Positions 1 through 8,339 of a stretch of 20,000 nt of DNA are shown piece by piece (positions within the stretch are counted from its first letter, which is position 1; the number at the start of each line of letters is the position of its first letter). The notes under the pieces are model-generated. The model worked only from the letters and a program-made list of their open reading frames with translations. It was not told the origin of the DNA and did no database searches. The translations under genes were made by a program, and so were the position numbers. This DNA comes from an uncultured virus (IMG/VR IMGVR_UViG_3300015371_000018). Its lineage: Duplodnaviria; Heunggongvirae; Uroviricota; Caudoviricetes. The DNA lies in the IMG/VR virus record IMGVR_UViG_3300015371_000018. One strand, given 5' to 3'.

Positions 1-457
1 GCCACGAGAGATACAGGAACGGCTGCGCCCTTTGCCCTCGTGTGAACCTAACGAACCTACGTGGCTCGCCTTTCTTCTGGAAAGTCATTACTCGTCCTGG
101 CTTGGCACGAATTAAAGAAGGTGCATTAACTCGGTAAAGACCTGTACCGCTATTAACGTAAATAGGGTAGCGGCCTCCACCTTGCTGAACGCCCGTGACG
201 ACTTCCCATTCTCCGCCCCCACCTAGACCACCCGGACGCCATTGAGAACCACTTGATTTAATCCTGCTAGTTAGGCTCCGGCCACCGGCAAAAGCAGTTT
301 CTCCATCTGGTGCATAGAAACGCATCCAATATGCACCGGTCTGGCCGACACGCTCAATGTAATTACGCAAGACTCGGCTGCTGCGGTTACCAACACGGTC
401 AATCGCCAATAAAATATGGCCAAGTCCTTCGAATGTAATTTCTATTTCCTGTGCCAT
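1..457 (-). CDS. HK97 gp10-like neck/tail-completion protein (3' end outside window)
   Basis: Not in the ORF track. Manual translation from ATG 457 stays open to the window edge: MAQEIEITFEGLGHILLAIDRV...YPIYVNSGTGLY...RFTRGQRAQPFLYLSW. YVxxGT and GxxAQPFL are typical of the HK97 gp10 family. Confidence 0.75.
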   Translation of the reverse strand, partial: MAQEIEITFEGLGHILLAIDRVGNRSSRVLRNYIERVGQTGAYWMRFYAPDGETAFAGGRSLTSRIKSSGSQWRPGGLGGGGEWEVVTGVQQGGGRYPIYVNSGTGLYRVNAPSLIRAKPGRVMTFQKKGEPRRFVRFTRGQRAQPFLYLSW

Positions 458-471
458 CTGCTTTTAGACGC

Positions 472-501
472 AGAGAAGGGAGCGCATTGGCCCCCTTCTC
501 T
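472..501 (-). terminator. Hairpin downstream of major tail gene (terminator/attenuator without U tract)
   Basis: Minus strand AGAGAAGGGGGC-caatgc-GCTCCCTTCTCT, 12 bp with one G-U pair. Confidence 0.5.
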
Positions 502-591
502 TGTCATAGCTCCCGTGCTTCATCAATCGCCTCTATTGGTCTGGATCTGAAGCGAGAGCCGTCCTAATGACTGACCCTCTTATTTAATTTA

Positions 592-1248
592 TTACTCAGG
601 AATCTGTTCGAAAATCTCACCGAAGCGAGTATCTTCGTCAGTCACAGCGGTATCAGCGAGAGCACGCCAACGGGTCGGAAGCGAAACCTGCTCGCCAGTC
701 TTCTGATAAGTGAAGCCCGACTCTTGTGGCATGCGCTGGCAGACGCGGAAAACAAATGCGCGAATCCAGCCGCCTGGGAATTGGAAGAGCACCGCCACGC
801 GCTTCTGCACGTAACTAATTGGTGCGCCCATACCCACGTGACGCTCATCCGGCTGAGGATCGGTCTTGGTGACCGTAGAAATTGGTCCAAGCTCCCACGC
901 CATTTTATAAGTCTCAAGCGTGGCCTCTGCAAGCTGGGTACCAACGTTCATATCCCAGTTCGTCGGGCGAGAAGAAACCGCCGTCGGAATTTGGTCAACG
1001 TCGTACTCTTCCTCAGCGTTGTTACGGACGATGTTGATGCCGGTTTTAGTGAAACCGCCCTCATCCCATCCAGTAACGGGATCGTACTGCGTCCCCGCTG
1101 GTGAATCGACTAATTTAATGATATCTTCGATGCCATCAGGCCAAGCCTGATCGACAGGAGCGATAAGAAGTCGCGCCGGTCCCTGGACGAATCCAAGGGA
1201 ATCCTCGTCGATATAGTTAACAGTCTGAGCACCCCTAAGAAATGCCAT
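592..1248 (-). CDS. Major tail (tube) protein
   Basis: 218 aa, strong SD (GGAGGTG). Motifs GPARLLIAP, GFTKTGI, YDVDQ and TQLAEATLE resemble siphophage tail tube proteins. Located after the tail terminator. Confidence 0.8.
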   Translation of the reverse strand: MAFLRGAQTVNYIDEDSLGFVQGPARLLIAPVDQAWPDGIEDIIKLVDSPAGTQYDPVTGWDEGGFTKTGINIVRNNAEEEYDVDQIPTAVSSRPTNWDMNVGTQLAEATLETYKMAWELGPISTVTKTDPQPDERHVGMGAPISYVQKRVAVLFQFPGGWIRAFVFRVCQRMPQESGFTYQKTGEQVSLPTRWRALADTAVTDEDTRFGEIFEQIPE

Positions 1249-1267
1249 CTATTGATTCACCTCCCTA

Positions 1268-1510
1268 TTAATTCCGTCCGCGACCACTCGCGGGCTTTTC
1301 TTCTGCCTCAGCAGAAGCGGCTGATTTGCTCTGTTCATCGACCTGGGTTAAGCGATGATGCTTATTAAGCTGCTGAACTTCCTTATCACTTAATTCAATC
1401 TCGCCACCAAGATCAACGTAGCGCTTGGGGTCAGACGACGATCCTTCAAGAATGATTCGCGTAGTCTGGTCATCCGCACGCTTGTTGCTGGTGTACCGAT
1501 AATTAGCCAT
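1268..1510 (-). CDS. Small hypothetical virion-module protein
   Basis: GGAGGTG SD upstream favours the ATG at 1510 (ORF track starts at 1516). Charged C-terminal tail. Confidence 0.7.
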   Translation of the reverse strand: MANYRYTSNKRADDQTTRIILEGSSSDPKRYVDLGGEIELSDKEVQQLNKHHRLTQVDEQSKSAASAEAEEKPASGRGRN

Positions 1511-1519
1511 ATGCACCTC

Positions 1520-2116
1520 CTAAAAACTCGGCTGCTTGTAGCTCTTAATTAAATAGCGAATGCGCGCTGCCCGCCACCACCACTTTTCCCCGTGGCCGCC
1601 AGGCTCCCAATCAAAAGGAGGCGATTGCTGAACTATTTGAGGGTTGGATACCCCGCGTAGCTTCGCCGACAGCTTCCTGTCGCTCGAAATTAATAGATCG
1701 AGCGCTTCGGCTGTCCTTACCGCGCGCCAATAAGTGTAATTTGCCCCCTCGGTTGAATCAGCCTTGACCAGTGCATGAATGTCTACAGCATTTTGTAAAA
1801 CATCGTACTGATCAATGGACGGGTCTTCGGGATCAGGTTGCGTGGTGTCAGGAATCACGCAGACGTTTGGGTAATGAGTCGTTGGAAGATCTTCTTGGAC
1901 TAAAGAAGGAATATCACCAGTAACTATATTCTCTGGCAATACATGCTCGACTAGATGATTTACAATTGGAATTCCTAAACGAGTAGCACGAGCACTATCC
2001 CGTGCATCCCATATCGGTTGCAATTCATCTATCTTGTCATTAATTCCTTCGGCTATAGCGAAAATTATTTCGTCTATAACCTGCTCTAATCCGATTCCAT
2101 CTTGCAACGTGGGCAT
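1520..2116 (-). CDS. Putative tail terminator / head-tail joining protein
   Basis: 198 aa with YPNVCVIP and terminal beta strand WRAARIRY. Sits between adaptor and tail tube; TAATG overlap with the upstream gene. Confidence 0.55.
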   Translation of the reverse strand: MPTLQDGIGLEQVIDEIIFAIAEGINDKIDELQPIWDARDSARATRLGIPIVNHLVEHVLPENIVTGDIPSLVQEDLPTTHYPNVCVIPDTTQPDPEDPSIDQYDVLQNAVDIHALVKADSTEGANYTYWRAVRTAEALDLLISSDRKLSAKLRGVSNPQIVQQSPPFDWEPGGHGEKWWWRAARIRYLIKSYKQPSF

Positions 2117-2628
2117 TATTGAGGCACCTCTGTCGGATCTGCATAGGGGCGCTCAAAGTCATACGGGTTAGGCGTCGTGTGTCCACTATCCAGAAGCGCT
2201 ACCTGGGGGACACTTCCATGATGAGTACGCCTAACGGGAAGCAACTGTTCGACTTCCGGCCAAAGTTCTGCCTTTTTATCAACGAGTAATTTCCTTAATT
2301 CTCGAAGCTCAGCAGCGCGATTGGCCCAGGTCTTTACTTCTTCCCTACCACGAGCCGCAGTAGAAAGTGTCGCTTCGTTTGCCCAATAATCAAGCCCCGG
2401 AGTTACTACCTCAAGGGCTAAACAAATACCTGCATATTCCTTAACAAGGGGATCTAATTGGCTTTCTTCGGTGTCAGTGAGATTGATATCACCGAATAAA
2501 CTCAGAGCTACGTTGTCACGAAGCTGCTGTAGATAATCGGTGCCGTAGAAGGAAGCGCTTTCTAGAGCACGCCAAGTCGAGGGCAAATAAGCCCTGGCAT
2601 TCTTGGCAATTATTCCTTCTACTGGCAC
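2116..2628 (-). CDS. Putative head-tail adaptor
   Basis: 170 aa, helical, downstream of the capsid genes, GTG start with GGGGAAAGG SD. Function assigned from synteny. Confidence 0.5.
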   Translation of the reverse strand: MPVEGIIAKNARAYLPSTWRALESASFYGTDYLQQLRDNVALSLFGDINLTDTEESQLDPLVKEYAGICLALEVVTPGLDYWANEATLSTAARGREEVKTWANRAAELRELRKLLVDKKAELWPEVEQLLPVRRTHHGSVPQVALLDSGHTTPNPYDFERPYADPTEVPQ

Positions 2629-2657
2629 CGATTAACCTTTCCCCCTTGCTCCGCGAA

Positions 2658-3377
2658 TTAATTGTCCGCGGAGTCGCCAGACGAGGACTCCCCATCCCCG
2701 CCAGCTTTACGGCCACGCGACGATCCGCCAGAGCTAGAGCGCGTGCGACGGCCACGCCGCTTAGCACTCTTCTTTGGCTTATCCTCTTCGGATTCTCCGT
2801 AGGGGACTTGTGGATCGCCAGTGCCGGTATAGCCCTCGCCTGCCTCAACTTCCGTATCGGTCACGCGGCGAGTTTTAATTCGGCTGACGGCCTTATCTTC
2901 ACCTTCTCCGTCTTCAACGTCGGAGCCAACGTTGCCATCCACAAAATCATCGTTATTAATTCCATAGCCGATGTTGTAGGTGACAATGCTGTCGCGGTTT
3001 TCGTTCTGCCTCTCGTAGGTCTGAATTGCAACAACCGTAGGAGATGGCAGCACGCGCATGGCGTCGAGAATATCTTCCTCGTCCATGTCATCGTAACCGT
3101 CGAATGGCAGACCAAGGCGAACAGCCAGATTCTCGTGAGCATCGCCCGAGCCGAGCTTGAGCTTTTTGCTTAAAGAATCATGGTTGCGGTGGTCACTGTC
3201 TTCAAGAGCCTCAAGGACCGGTGGCGAAACCTCGTCAGTCGGAACCTTGTCTCCCTTGAAATAAGTAGTGCCGACTTGCTGGTGATAAGTATTACCATCA
3301 TCCTGAGTCAGTGTACGCACCGACTTAGGGATAGTAATTTCATCAACCAGCACTTCGACAACTTTACCCTTAGCCAT
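2658..3377 (-). CDS. Acidic capsid-associated hypothetical protein with basic low-complexity tail
   Basis: 239 aa, strong SD, directly after the major capsid gene. Contains LPFDGYDDMDEEDI...YERQNENRDSIV. Confidence 0.75.
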   Translation of the reverse strand: MAKGKVVEVLVDEITIPKSVRTLTQDDGNTYHQQVGTTYFKGDKVPTDEVSPPVLEALEDSDHRNHDSLSKKLKLGSGDAHENLAVRLGLPFDGYDDMDEEDILDAMRVLPSPTVVAIQTYERQNENRDSIVTYNIGYGINNDDFVDGNVGSDVEDGEGEDKAVSRIKTRRVTDTEVEAGEGYTGTGDPQVPYGESEEDKPKKSAKRRGRRTRSSSGGSSRGRKAGGDGESSSGDSADN

Positions 3378-3394
3378 TAATTAATTCACCTCCC

Positions 3395-4456
3395 CTACGG
3401 CAGAATGTCGGCGTAAAGGAAAGCCTCCGGCCGACGCAGGCGGACAATTCGACGGGACGCCTGACGCAGCATGCGCTGGTAGGCACCCTCGCCCTTCATG
3501 ATCACTTCCGACTGCGGACCCTTCAGCAGAGCGGTGGTGTTGTAGCCCGTGGCAATTTCCACATCACCGTTCGGCGTATCAGCAATCGGAACTCCATCCA
3601 GCGTGTAGGCGGTCGTAACTAATACCTTGCCCACAGGCAGGTAGCGCGTGTGATCGGCGGGAGCCTTAGCGGCACCAACCGACTCGGCGCGATACGCAGC
3701 GTCCTGCTGCACGATGGAGCTACCCGGCGGCAGAAGACGTTCAACATCTTCCTGAGTCGGGAGGAACGGCTGCCCAGCCTCAACATTAAAGTAAAGGCGG
3801 AGCTTTTCGTTATTAATTACATTCTCAAGGTCATCACCAGTCATATGGAAAATCGTGCCTGGCGTGCCACTTGAATTACCGATCTGCCTCGACCAAGCGC
3901 GCATATCTGCAACCGGGTCGGAGTCAGTTAAATCGTCCCAGCCTGTAGTCACGGTCGGCTTGTGACCGGACGGCAGCGGGTAATCAATAACGAGAGCGGT
4001 ATTGCGCTCCTGATACTCAATGGTTAATTGGCCACTAAATGCCTGCCAACGCATCCATTCAGTCAGGCGCTCATTACGACGCTCAAGGATCTGGCCGATT
4101 TCAATGAGGCGGCGGGCTTCTTTCGAAACAACCGCTTCGTCCGTCGAATTAAGCCGCTCCCACCTAATTGGAGAAATGCGGTGCATTTCGTCCAGGTGCG
4201 CAAGCTCAATGACTTCCTCGCGCTCTTCTCGACCAGTGATATCCATCAGGGGCGGCGTTGCTTCCGGTGCCCTGAATTGACCAATACCGAATGCATGCAG
4301 GTCTTCGACTCGCATAGAAACGTACTGGCCGTCGATATCTTGAATAGGAGCGATCTGATCCCCAAGCCGGGGAGCAGTCTCCATCTCAGTCTCAAGCGGA
4401 CCAACAATTGCGTCGGTCAGGTTGGACTGTTCGAGAATATCGTCAATAAATGCCAT
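3395..4456 (-). CDS. Major capsid protein (lambda gpE / Phage_cap_E-like)
   Basis: 353 aa, strong SD. ERLTEWMRWQAFSG, IDYPLP, WDDLTDSDPVADM and RPEAFLYA match the gpE-like pattern. Follows a decoration gene. Confidence 0.88.
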   Translation of the reverse strand: MAFIDDILEQSNLTDAIVGPLETEMETAPRLGDQIAPIQDIDGQYVSMRVEDLHAFGIGQFRAPEATPPLMDITGREEREEVIELAHLDEMHRISPIRWERLNSTDEAVVSKEARRLIEIGQILERRNERLTEWMRWQAFSGQLTIEYQERNTALVIDYPLPSGHKPTVTTGWDDLTDSDPVADMRAWSRQIGNSSGTPGTIFHMTGDDLENVINNEKLRLYFNVEAGQPFLPTQEDVERLLPPGSSIVQQDAAYRAESVGAAKAPADHTRYLPVGKVLVTTAYTLDGVPIADTPNGDVEIATGYNTTALLKGPQSEVIMKGEGAYQRMLRQASRRIVRLRRPEAFLYADILP

Positions 4457-4476
4457 ATCGGGAATTCACCTCCCCT

Positions 4477-4857
4477 CTACTGGAATAAGCACGTGGGCAG
4501 ATCTGTACGAATATCTGTACCAAGCGTGCCATAGTCAACAATACGGTTCGCACGGAAAACCTCTCCGTGGAATGCAAGCGCAGCCGGAAGGTCGGAAGCA
4601 GAGGTACCGTCAGGAACCTCAACATCGTGAGCGAGAATACCCGCGCACGTTTCCGTACCAACAGTCATACGCTTAAACTGGTTCGTCACTCCATCTTTAG
4701 TTAATGGAGTACCGGCGACCAGCTTGCGAACGCCTGAAACCGCAGTAATTGCGGTCGCATCGATCACGATTGAATCAAAGCCCTGAGCATTCGGTGGCTT
4801 CTTGAAAATCTCAAGGCTAGGAGTAACAACACGCGAAGTGCGAATATTCCATGCCAT
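4477..4857 (-). CDS. Head decoration protein (lambda gpD-like)
   Basis: 126 aa with LVAGTPL, CAGILAHDV and HGEVFRANRI, immediately upstream of the major capsid gene. Confidence 0.8.
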   Translation of the reverse strand: MAWNIRTSRVVTPSLEIFKKPPNAQGFDSIVIDATAITAVSGVRKLVAGTPLTKDGVTNQFKRMTVGTETCAGILAHDVEVPDGTSASDLPAALAFHGEVFRANRIVDYGTLGTDIRTDLPTCLFQ

Positions 4858-5402
4858 TAGGCGTCTTCACCTCCCCGGCCCTTGCGAGTGATCGGACGGC
4901 CAATAAGCTTCGAAGCGCGCTTACGCGATTCAGCCTTAGCCTTTTCTTCGTCCGCTCCCTCTTCTTCCTCGGGCTTTTCCTCAATGTCATCCGAAGCAAG
5001 GATCTGGTCGCTGAGCGCCAGCTTGCCATCGTCATCACGAGGAATCAAGGAAATGAATTTACGGAGCACATCGGCCGTGGAGACTTCCTCACGGGATTTA
5101 GCTCCAATTTGTTCATCCTTGTCAAGCTCAAGATCACCATCGCTGAGCAGGACGATACCCGGCTCCTGATCATCCGAGAGAAAAACTCGACGCGCATACT
5201 TGAGCATCCCTGGTTGATCGGAAAAACCGAGCTTGCCTAATTCCTCAATTTCCTTATCGACGGCTGCCCTCCGCGCCTGAGCGGCGGAAAGACGCTGAGC
5301 CTCCTGAAGAGGGGTTAATTCCTCATCATGCCCCTGACGAAGCTGTTCCTTCTGCTCGTCAGTAAGCTCAAGAGCGTCGAGGGTTTCAAGAAATCCGGCC
5401 AT
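4857..5402 (-). CDS. Putative capsid scaffolding protein
   Basis: 181 aa, acidic, helical/coiled, located between protease and decoration genes. Confidence 0.6.
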   Translation of the reverse strand: MAGFLETLDALELTDEQKEQLRQGHDEELTPLQEAQRLSAAQARRAAVDKEIEELGKLGFSDQPGMLKYARRVFLSDDQEPGIVLLSDGDLELDKDEQIGAKSREEVSTADVLRKFISLIPRDDDGKLALSDQILASDDIEEKPEEEEGADEEKAKAESRKRASKLIGRPITRKGRGGEDA

Positions 5403-5420
5403 TAGCTACACCTCCTTCAA

Positions 5421-6671
5421 TTAAATAGTGCGGCCCATTAATTGAGCACGTTTGCGGCGAGCCTCAGCAAGAGTCCCACCAACTTTGGGTTTACTGACTG
5501 AGGGCTCGCGGGGCTTATCGCTAAGCTCGAACTTCTTGCCCTCTGAGATTTTATGCCAGTTAGCGGAGGGAGAAATACGGACTTCCTCATCACTTGCATA
5601 AAACCGTGCCAGCCAGGCAGCATCCGTAACCTTGCTGACAATTTTTACGCGGTCATCATGAGTTACATCATCAATTCGATAACCGCTCGCTTCTTTGCCG
5701 ACGACCGATTCAAGTGCATCTGTAAGCTTAAGCCTCAGATCATTCGAATAAATAGGATCGTCGTCCGAAGCTGCAACCATCGCCTGATGAACCTCAGTCC
5801 ATCGGATCGGCGGTGCAAGCCTCACTTCCCCACCTTCAATGGAGTAGGGAACTATGAAGCGATTAACTTCTCCCTGCCCCTCCTGGGAAATTAATGCAGA
5901 ATCCTCAGCGATATCTTCAACGAAGATCATGAAGGGACTAGGCGCATCGTCTTCTCCACGCTGAGGTTCAAGGATCGACCGAATTTGATCACGACGCCAA
6001 TTCATAGATTGGGTTTCATCCCAAACTAATTCGGCCGTCTTGCCGTCCCCTCCACCTTCCTCTTCAGCGAAGGTGTACGCCTCAACATCGATATCTTCTG
6101 CATCGATGCCGTCGCTAGCCGCAATGGCCGGGAACGGATCAAGGTTATTGATAAAAGGAGTGTTGGTCAGACAAACGTGCTTGAGAGCGGCACGGAATTT
6201 CTTCGCATCAGCTTTGCGAGTGAAATTAGTGAAAATACCGCTAGACACATTCGGAATGGTCCCGCGTTCTACCTTGCCTTTTACATCTGGCTCAGTGAAC
6301 TCAAGACCGGCCTGCAATACGGTGCGAGGTACACCGCCGATTTGCTTGGTGACCCGGCGAAGTCCTTTTACAAAACCCGTATTGTCAAGTTCTTTGTCTT
6401 TGTGGTTGAGCGGAATAGTTACATGCTCGAACGAGCGATTCTTAAACGAATCCTCGATATCGGCCATGGAGATGATCTTATTGGCCGGATCAGTCTCACC
6501 ATCCGCTACCACAGTGAAGGGCTGTTTAATTGCGCCGCCCGGTGTGGGCGTCATCGCAAACGTCCCCTCACGTAAACAATCCTTCCAAATGAGGCCGTTG
6601 TCATCAGGTTCCGAGACAGCGCCATCATCTGAAAGGAATAATTCAAAAAGCTCTATGCGCTCATGCTCCAC
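5421..6671 (-). CDS. Prohead protease (Mu gpI-like) with C-terminal extension
   Basis: PLNH, VSSGI and LKHVCLTNTPFINNLDP resemble the Mu-like protease signature. The C-terminal half carries two similar ~50-aa segments. Confidence 0.78.
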   Translation of the reverse strand: MEHERIELFELFLSDDGAVSEPDDNGLIWKDCLREGTFAMTPTPGGAIKQPFTVVADGETDPANKIISMADIEDSFKNRSFEHVTIPLNHKDKELDNTGFVKGLRRVTKQIGGVPRTVLQAGLEFTEPDVKGKVERGTIPNVSSGIFTNFTRKADAKKFRAALKHVCLTNTPFINNLDPFPAIAASDGIDAEDIDVEAYTFAEEEGGGDGKTAELVWDETQSMNWRRDQIRSILEPQRGEDDAPSPFMIFVEDIAEDSALISQEGQGEVNRFIVPYSIEGGEVRLAPPIRWTEVHQAMVAASDDDPIYSNDLRLKLTDALESVVGKEASGYRIDDVTHDDRVKIVSKVTDAAWLARFYASDEEVRISPSANWHKISEGKKFELSDKPREPSVSKPKVGGTLAEARRKRAQLMGRTI

Positions 6672-6951
6672 TAGCCGCTACCTCCTGAGGCTTCCCATTT
6701 GATTGAGGTGGCGCTAGTACGGAGAGCAACAGGGAGTGATCGCCGGGGGAGAAAATGTGACCGCAGCCTGTCGGCTTGTAGTGCGGGCATTGAAGGATTG
6801 GATTTGTCTCCATGGCGTACTTCTCGATCTGCTCCAAGCGCTTGTACCACATCAAGTGCCTGGGGATTTCACAATTGGGACAGGTCACCCTGCCACGAGC
6901 GTCAATTAGTGAAGATCCATCAGAGGATTGATTGCCTGTTGCGGCCACCAC
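6661..6951 (-). CDS. Small zinc-ribbon protein
   Basis: CPNC...CPHYKPTGCGHIF; overlaps the protease start. Confidence 0.6.
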   Translation of the reverse strand: MVAATGNQSSDGSSLIDARGRVTCPNCEIPRHLMWYKRLEQIEKYAMETNPILQCPHYKPTGCGHIFSPGDHSLLLSVLAPPQSNGKPQEVAASGA

Positions 6952-7021
6952 GGGCTAGCTTACGGCAAATACAGGCAATCAAATGGAAGTCAAGTAACAA
7001 AATATAGTAGAATTCTGCAAA

Positions 7022-7055
7022 TGTGGCTTGAATAAGCCACAGAACCAGATATGAT
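7022..7055 (+). promoter_or_regulatory. Palindromic operator overlapping a putative promoter
   Basis: TGTGGCTT-gaat-AAGCCACA (7022-7041) overlaps TTGAAT(7028)-N16-TATGAT(7050), upstream of the HTH gene. Confidence 0.55.
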
Positions 7056-7076
7056 CCCGCTGTGAAAGGAGGAATC

Positions 7077-7313
7077 ATGTCACAGGCACTTGACACCCTC
7101 ACGATGCTCTCTCATGGGCTCATTCGAGCGGAAGTGATGACCGCTGGTAAGCGCTCCATGCTTGAGCAGGCGGCTATTTCGATGGTCCGCGACTCGGGCT
7201 ACTCGATTGACGAAGTGTCTGCGGCCTCTGGCCTGACTCCTTCTGAAATCAAGGAATTACTGACTCAGCCGAAGCCCATCGAAAGCCTCGCTGAGCTAAT
7301 GGGTTTAGTTTAA
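7077..7313 (+). CDS. Small HTH DNA-binding protein
   Basis: AAAGGAGG SD before ATG 7077; GYSIDEVSAASGLTPSEIKELL is a helix-turn-helix. Confidence 0.75.
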   Translation: MSQALDTLTMLSHGLIRAEVMTAGKRSMLEQAAISMVRDSGYSIDEVSAASGLTPSEIKELLTQPKPIESLAELMGLV

Positions 7314-7333
7314 GCGGTTGCCCGTGAAGTGTG

Positions 7334-7360
7334 GAAGGCCTGTCCTAGTGGCGGGTCTTC
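7334..7360. terminator. Hairpin between convergent genes
   Basis: GAAGGCCTGTC...GGCGGGTCTTC, 11 bp with G-U pairs on the plus strand. Confidence 0.5.
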
Positions 7361-7364
7361 TGCA

Positions 7365-7538
7365 TTAATAGCCGCCGTTGTAGTGCGACCAGATCCGGGC
7401 GCGCTCGTATTCCTCTTGCTCAGCCTCGGTAAGCGGCGACTTGTGACGCTTGGCGATCCAATACATCAGCGCAGTCCATACGACTCCACCAATGATTAAA
7501 TGTATAAAAGCTACAAGCGTGCTAGTTGCTATCAGCAT
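7365..7538 (-). CDS. Small membrane protein
   Basis: ATG 7538 with GAGGGG SD; hydrophobic N-terminus MLIATSTLVAFIHLIIGGVVWTALMYWI. Confidence 0.6.
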   Translation of the reverse strand: MLIATSTLVAFIHLIIGGVVWTALMYWIAKRHKSPLTEAEQEEYERARIWSHYNGGY

Positions 7539-7770
7539 CAGGTACCCCTCTCGTGGACTTGTCTTCATTCCATTCAAGAGCGCCACTGGCGATCACAATG
7601 CTGACGAGGTGAGGGAGAGTCTTCGCGCTCGCGCGGGTGCGAGCTTTGTCTAGTGTCTGCTGCACAGAGCTTTGAGACAAATGCATATGTTCCGCTATCT
7701 CAGCGGTCGTTAAGCCATTGGCCACATGCACGACCATCTCAAGCTGGCGGAACGTGAGCATTTCGTTCAA
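7522..7770 (-). CDS. LuxR/GerE-type HTH regulator
   Basis: LTFRQLEMVVHVANGLTTAEIAEHMHLSQSSVQQTL matches the LuxR HTH pattern. Start may be the ATG at 7761. Confidence 0.85.
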   Translation of the reverse strand: MNEMLTFRQLEMVVHVANGLTTAEIAEHMHLSQSSVQQTLDKARTRASAKTLPHLVSIVIASGALEWNEDKSTRGVPDADSN

Positions 7771-8074
7771 AAATCTTTCTGGCTATATACGCCGATTCTT
7801 CTTTTATATCCTGCACGATTCTGATCATCACACGGTTGGTTGCATCGGAGACTGCACCGTGGGAATCCTTCTCGTGACCGATCATGCGCCTACAACGTGC
7901 TCGCTTGCCACGTAACTGTTGAAGCCTATCCGTGGTGTAATTAATGTCGCGCTCCATGCGACACATATTGCACCGAATAAATTCCCGCTTAATTCCCTCG
8001 CCCATGTCTTCTGTGCGGAGAGGGAAACGCTGTTTAGATCCGCAGCGCGGGCAACTAGTCTTCGGCTGCTTCAT
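7739..8074 (-). CDS. Zinc-ribbon hypothetical protein
   Basis: CPRC...CNMC followed by a basic helix. Confidence 0.65.
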   Translation of the reverse strand: MKQPKTSCPRCGSKQRFPLRTEDMGEGIKREFIRCNMCRMERDINYTTDRLQQLRGKRARCRRMIGHEKDSHGAVSDATNRVMIRIVQDIKEESAYIARKIFERNAHVPPA

Positions 8075-8339
8075 AGGTTCCTGACTCGAAACACCAAATC
8101 AGCATCCCAAGCCATTCCTCATCTTCAAGGTTCTTTGGCAAATAAATAGAGCAATCTGCCAGACCTTCATCGGTAGCGATTATGATTCTCGCTTCCGACC
8201 AGTTGTCAGGATTATTAAATTCGCAGGCTGCCTCGACTTCGGCCCATCGGTCGAAAACAAAATCCCTAAGAGCCACGGAATTGGAGGCGGCGGCGCGGTG
8301 GCGAGCTTCACAATCCTCCCACAAAGCAAAGTCGATCAC
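8055..8339 (-). CDS. Hypothetical protein
   Basis: GTGA overlap with the upstream stop; GGAGAGG SD. Confidence 0.6.
   Translation of the reverse strand: MIDFALWEDCEARHRAAASNSVALRDFVFDRWAEVEAACEFNNPDNWSEARIIIATDEGLADCSIYLPKNLEDEEWLGMLIWCFESGTYEAAED

Noticed and set aside
2646..3173. Hydrophobic 175-aa plus-strand ORF (likewise 724-1104, 4028-4534, 6040-6702)
   Set aside because: Antisense shadows of well-supported structural genes, without convincing SD.
1255..4474. Repeated ATTCACCTCCC at 1255, 3384 and 4464
   Set aside because: It is the reverse complement of a strong Shine-Dalgarno (GGGAGGTGAAT) before highly expressed genes.
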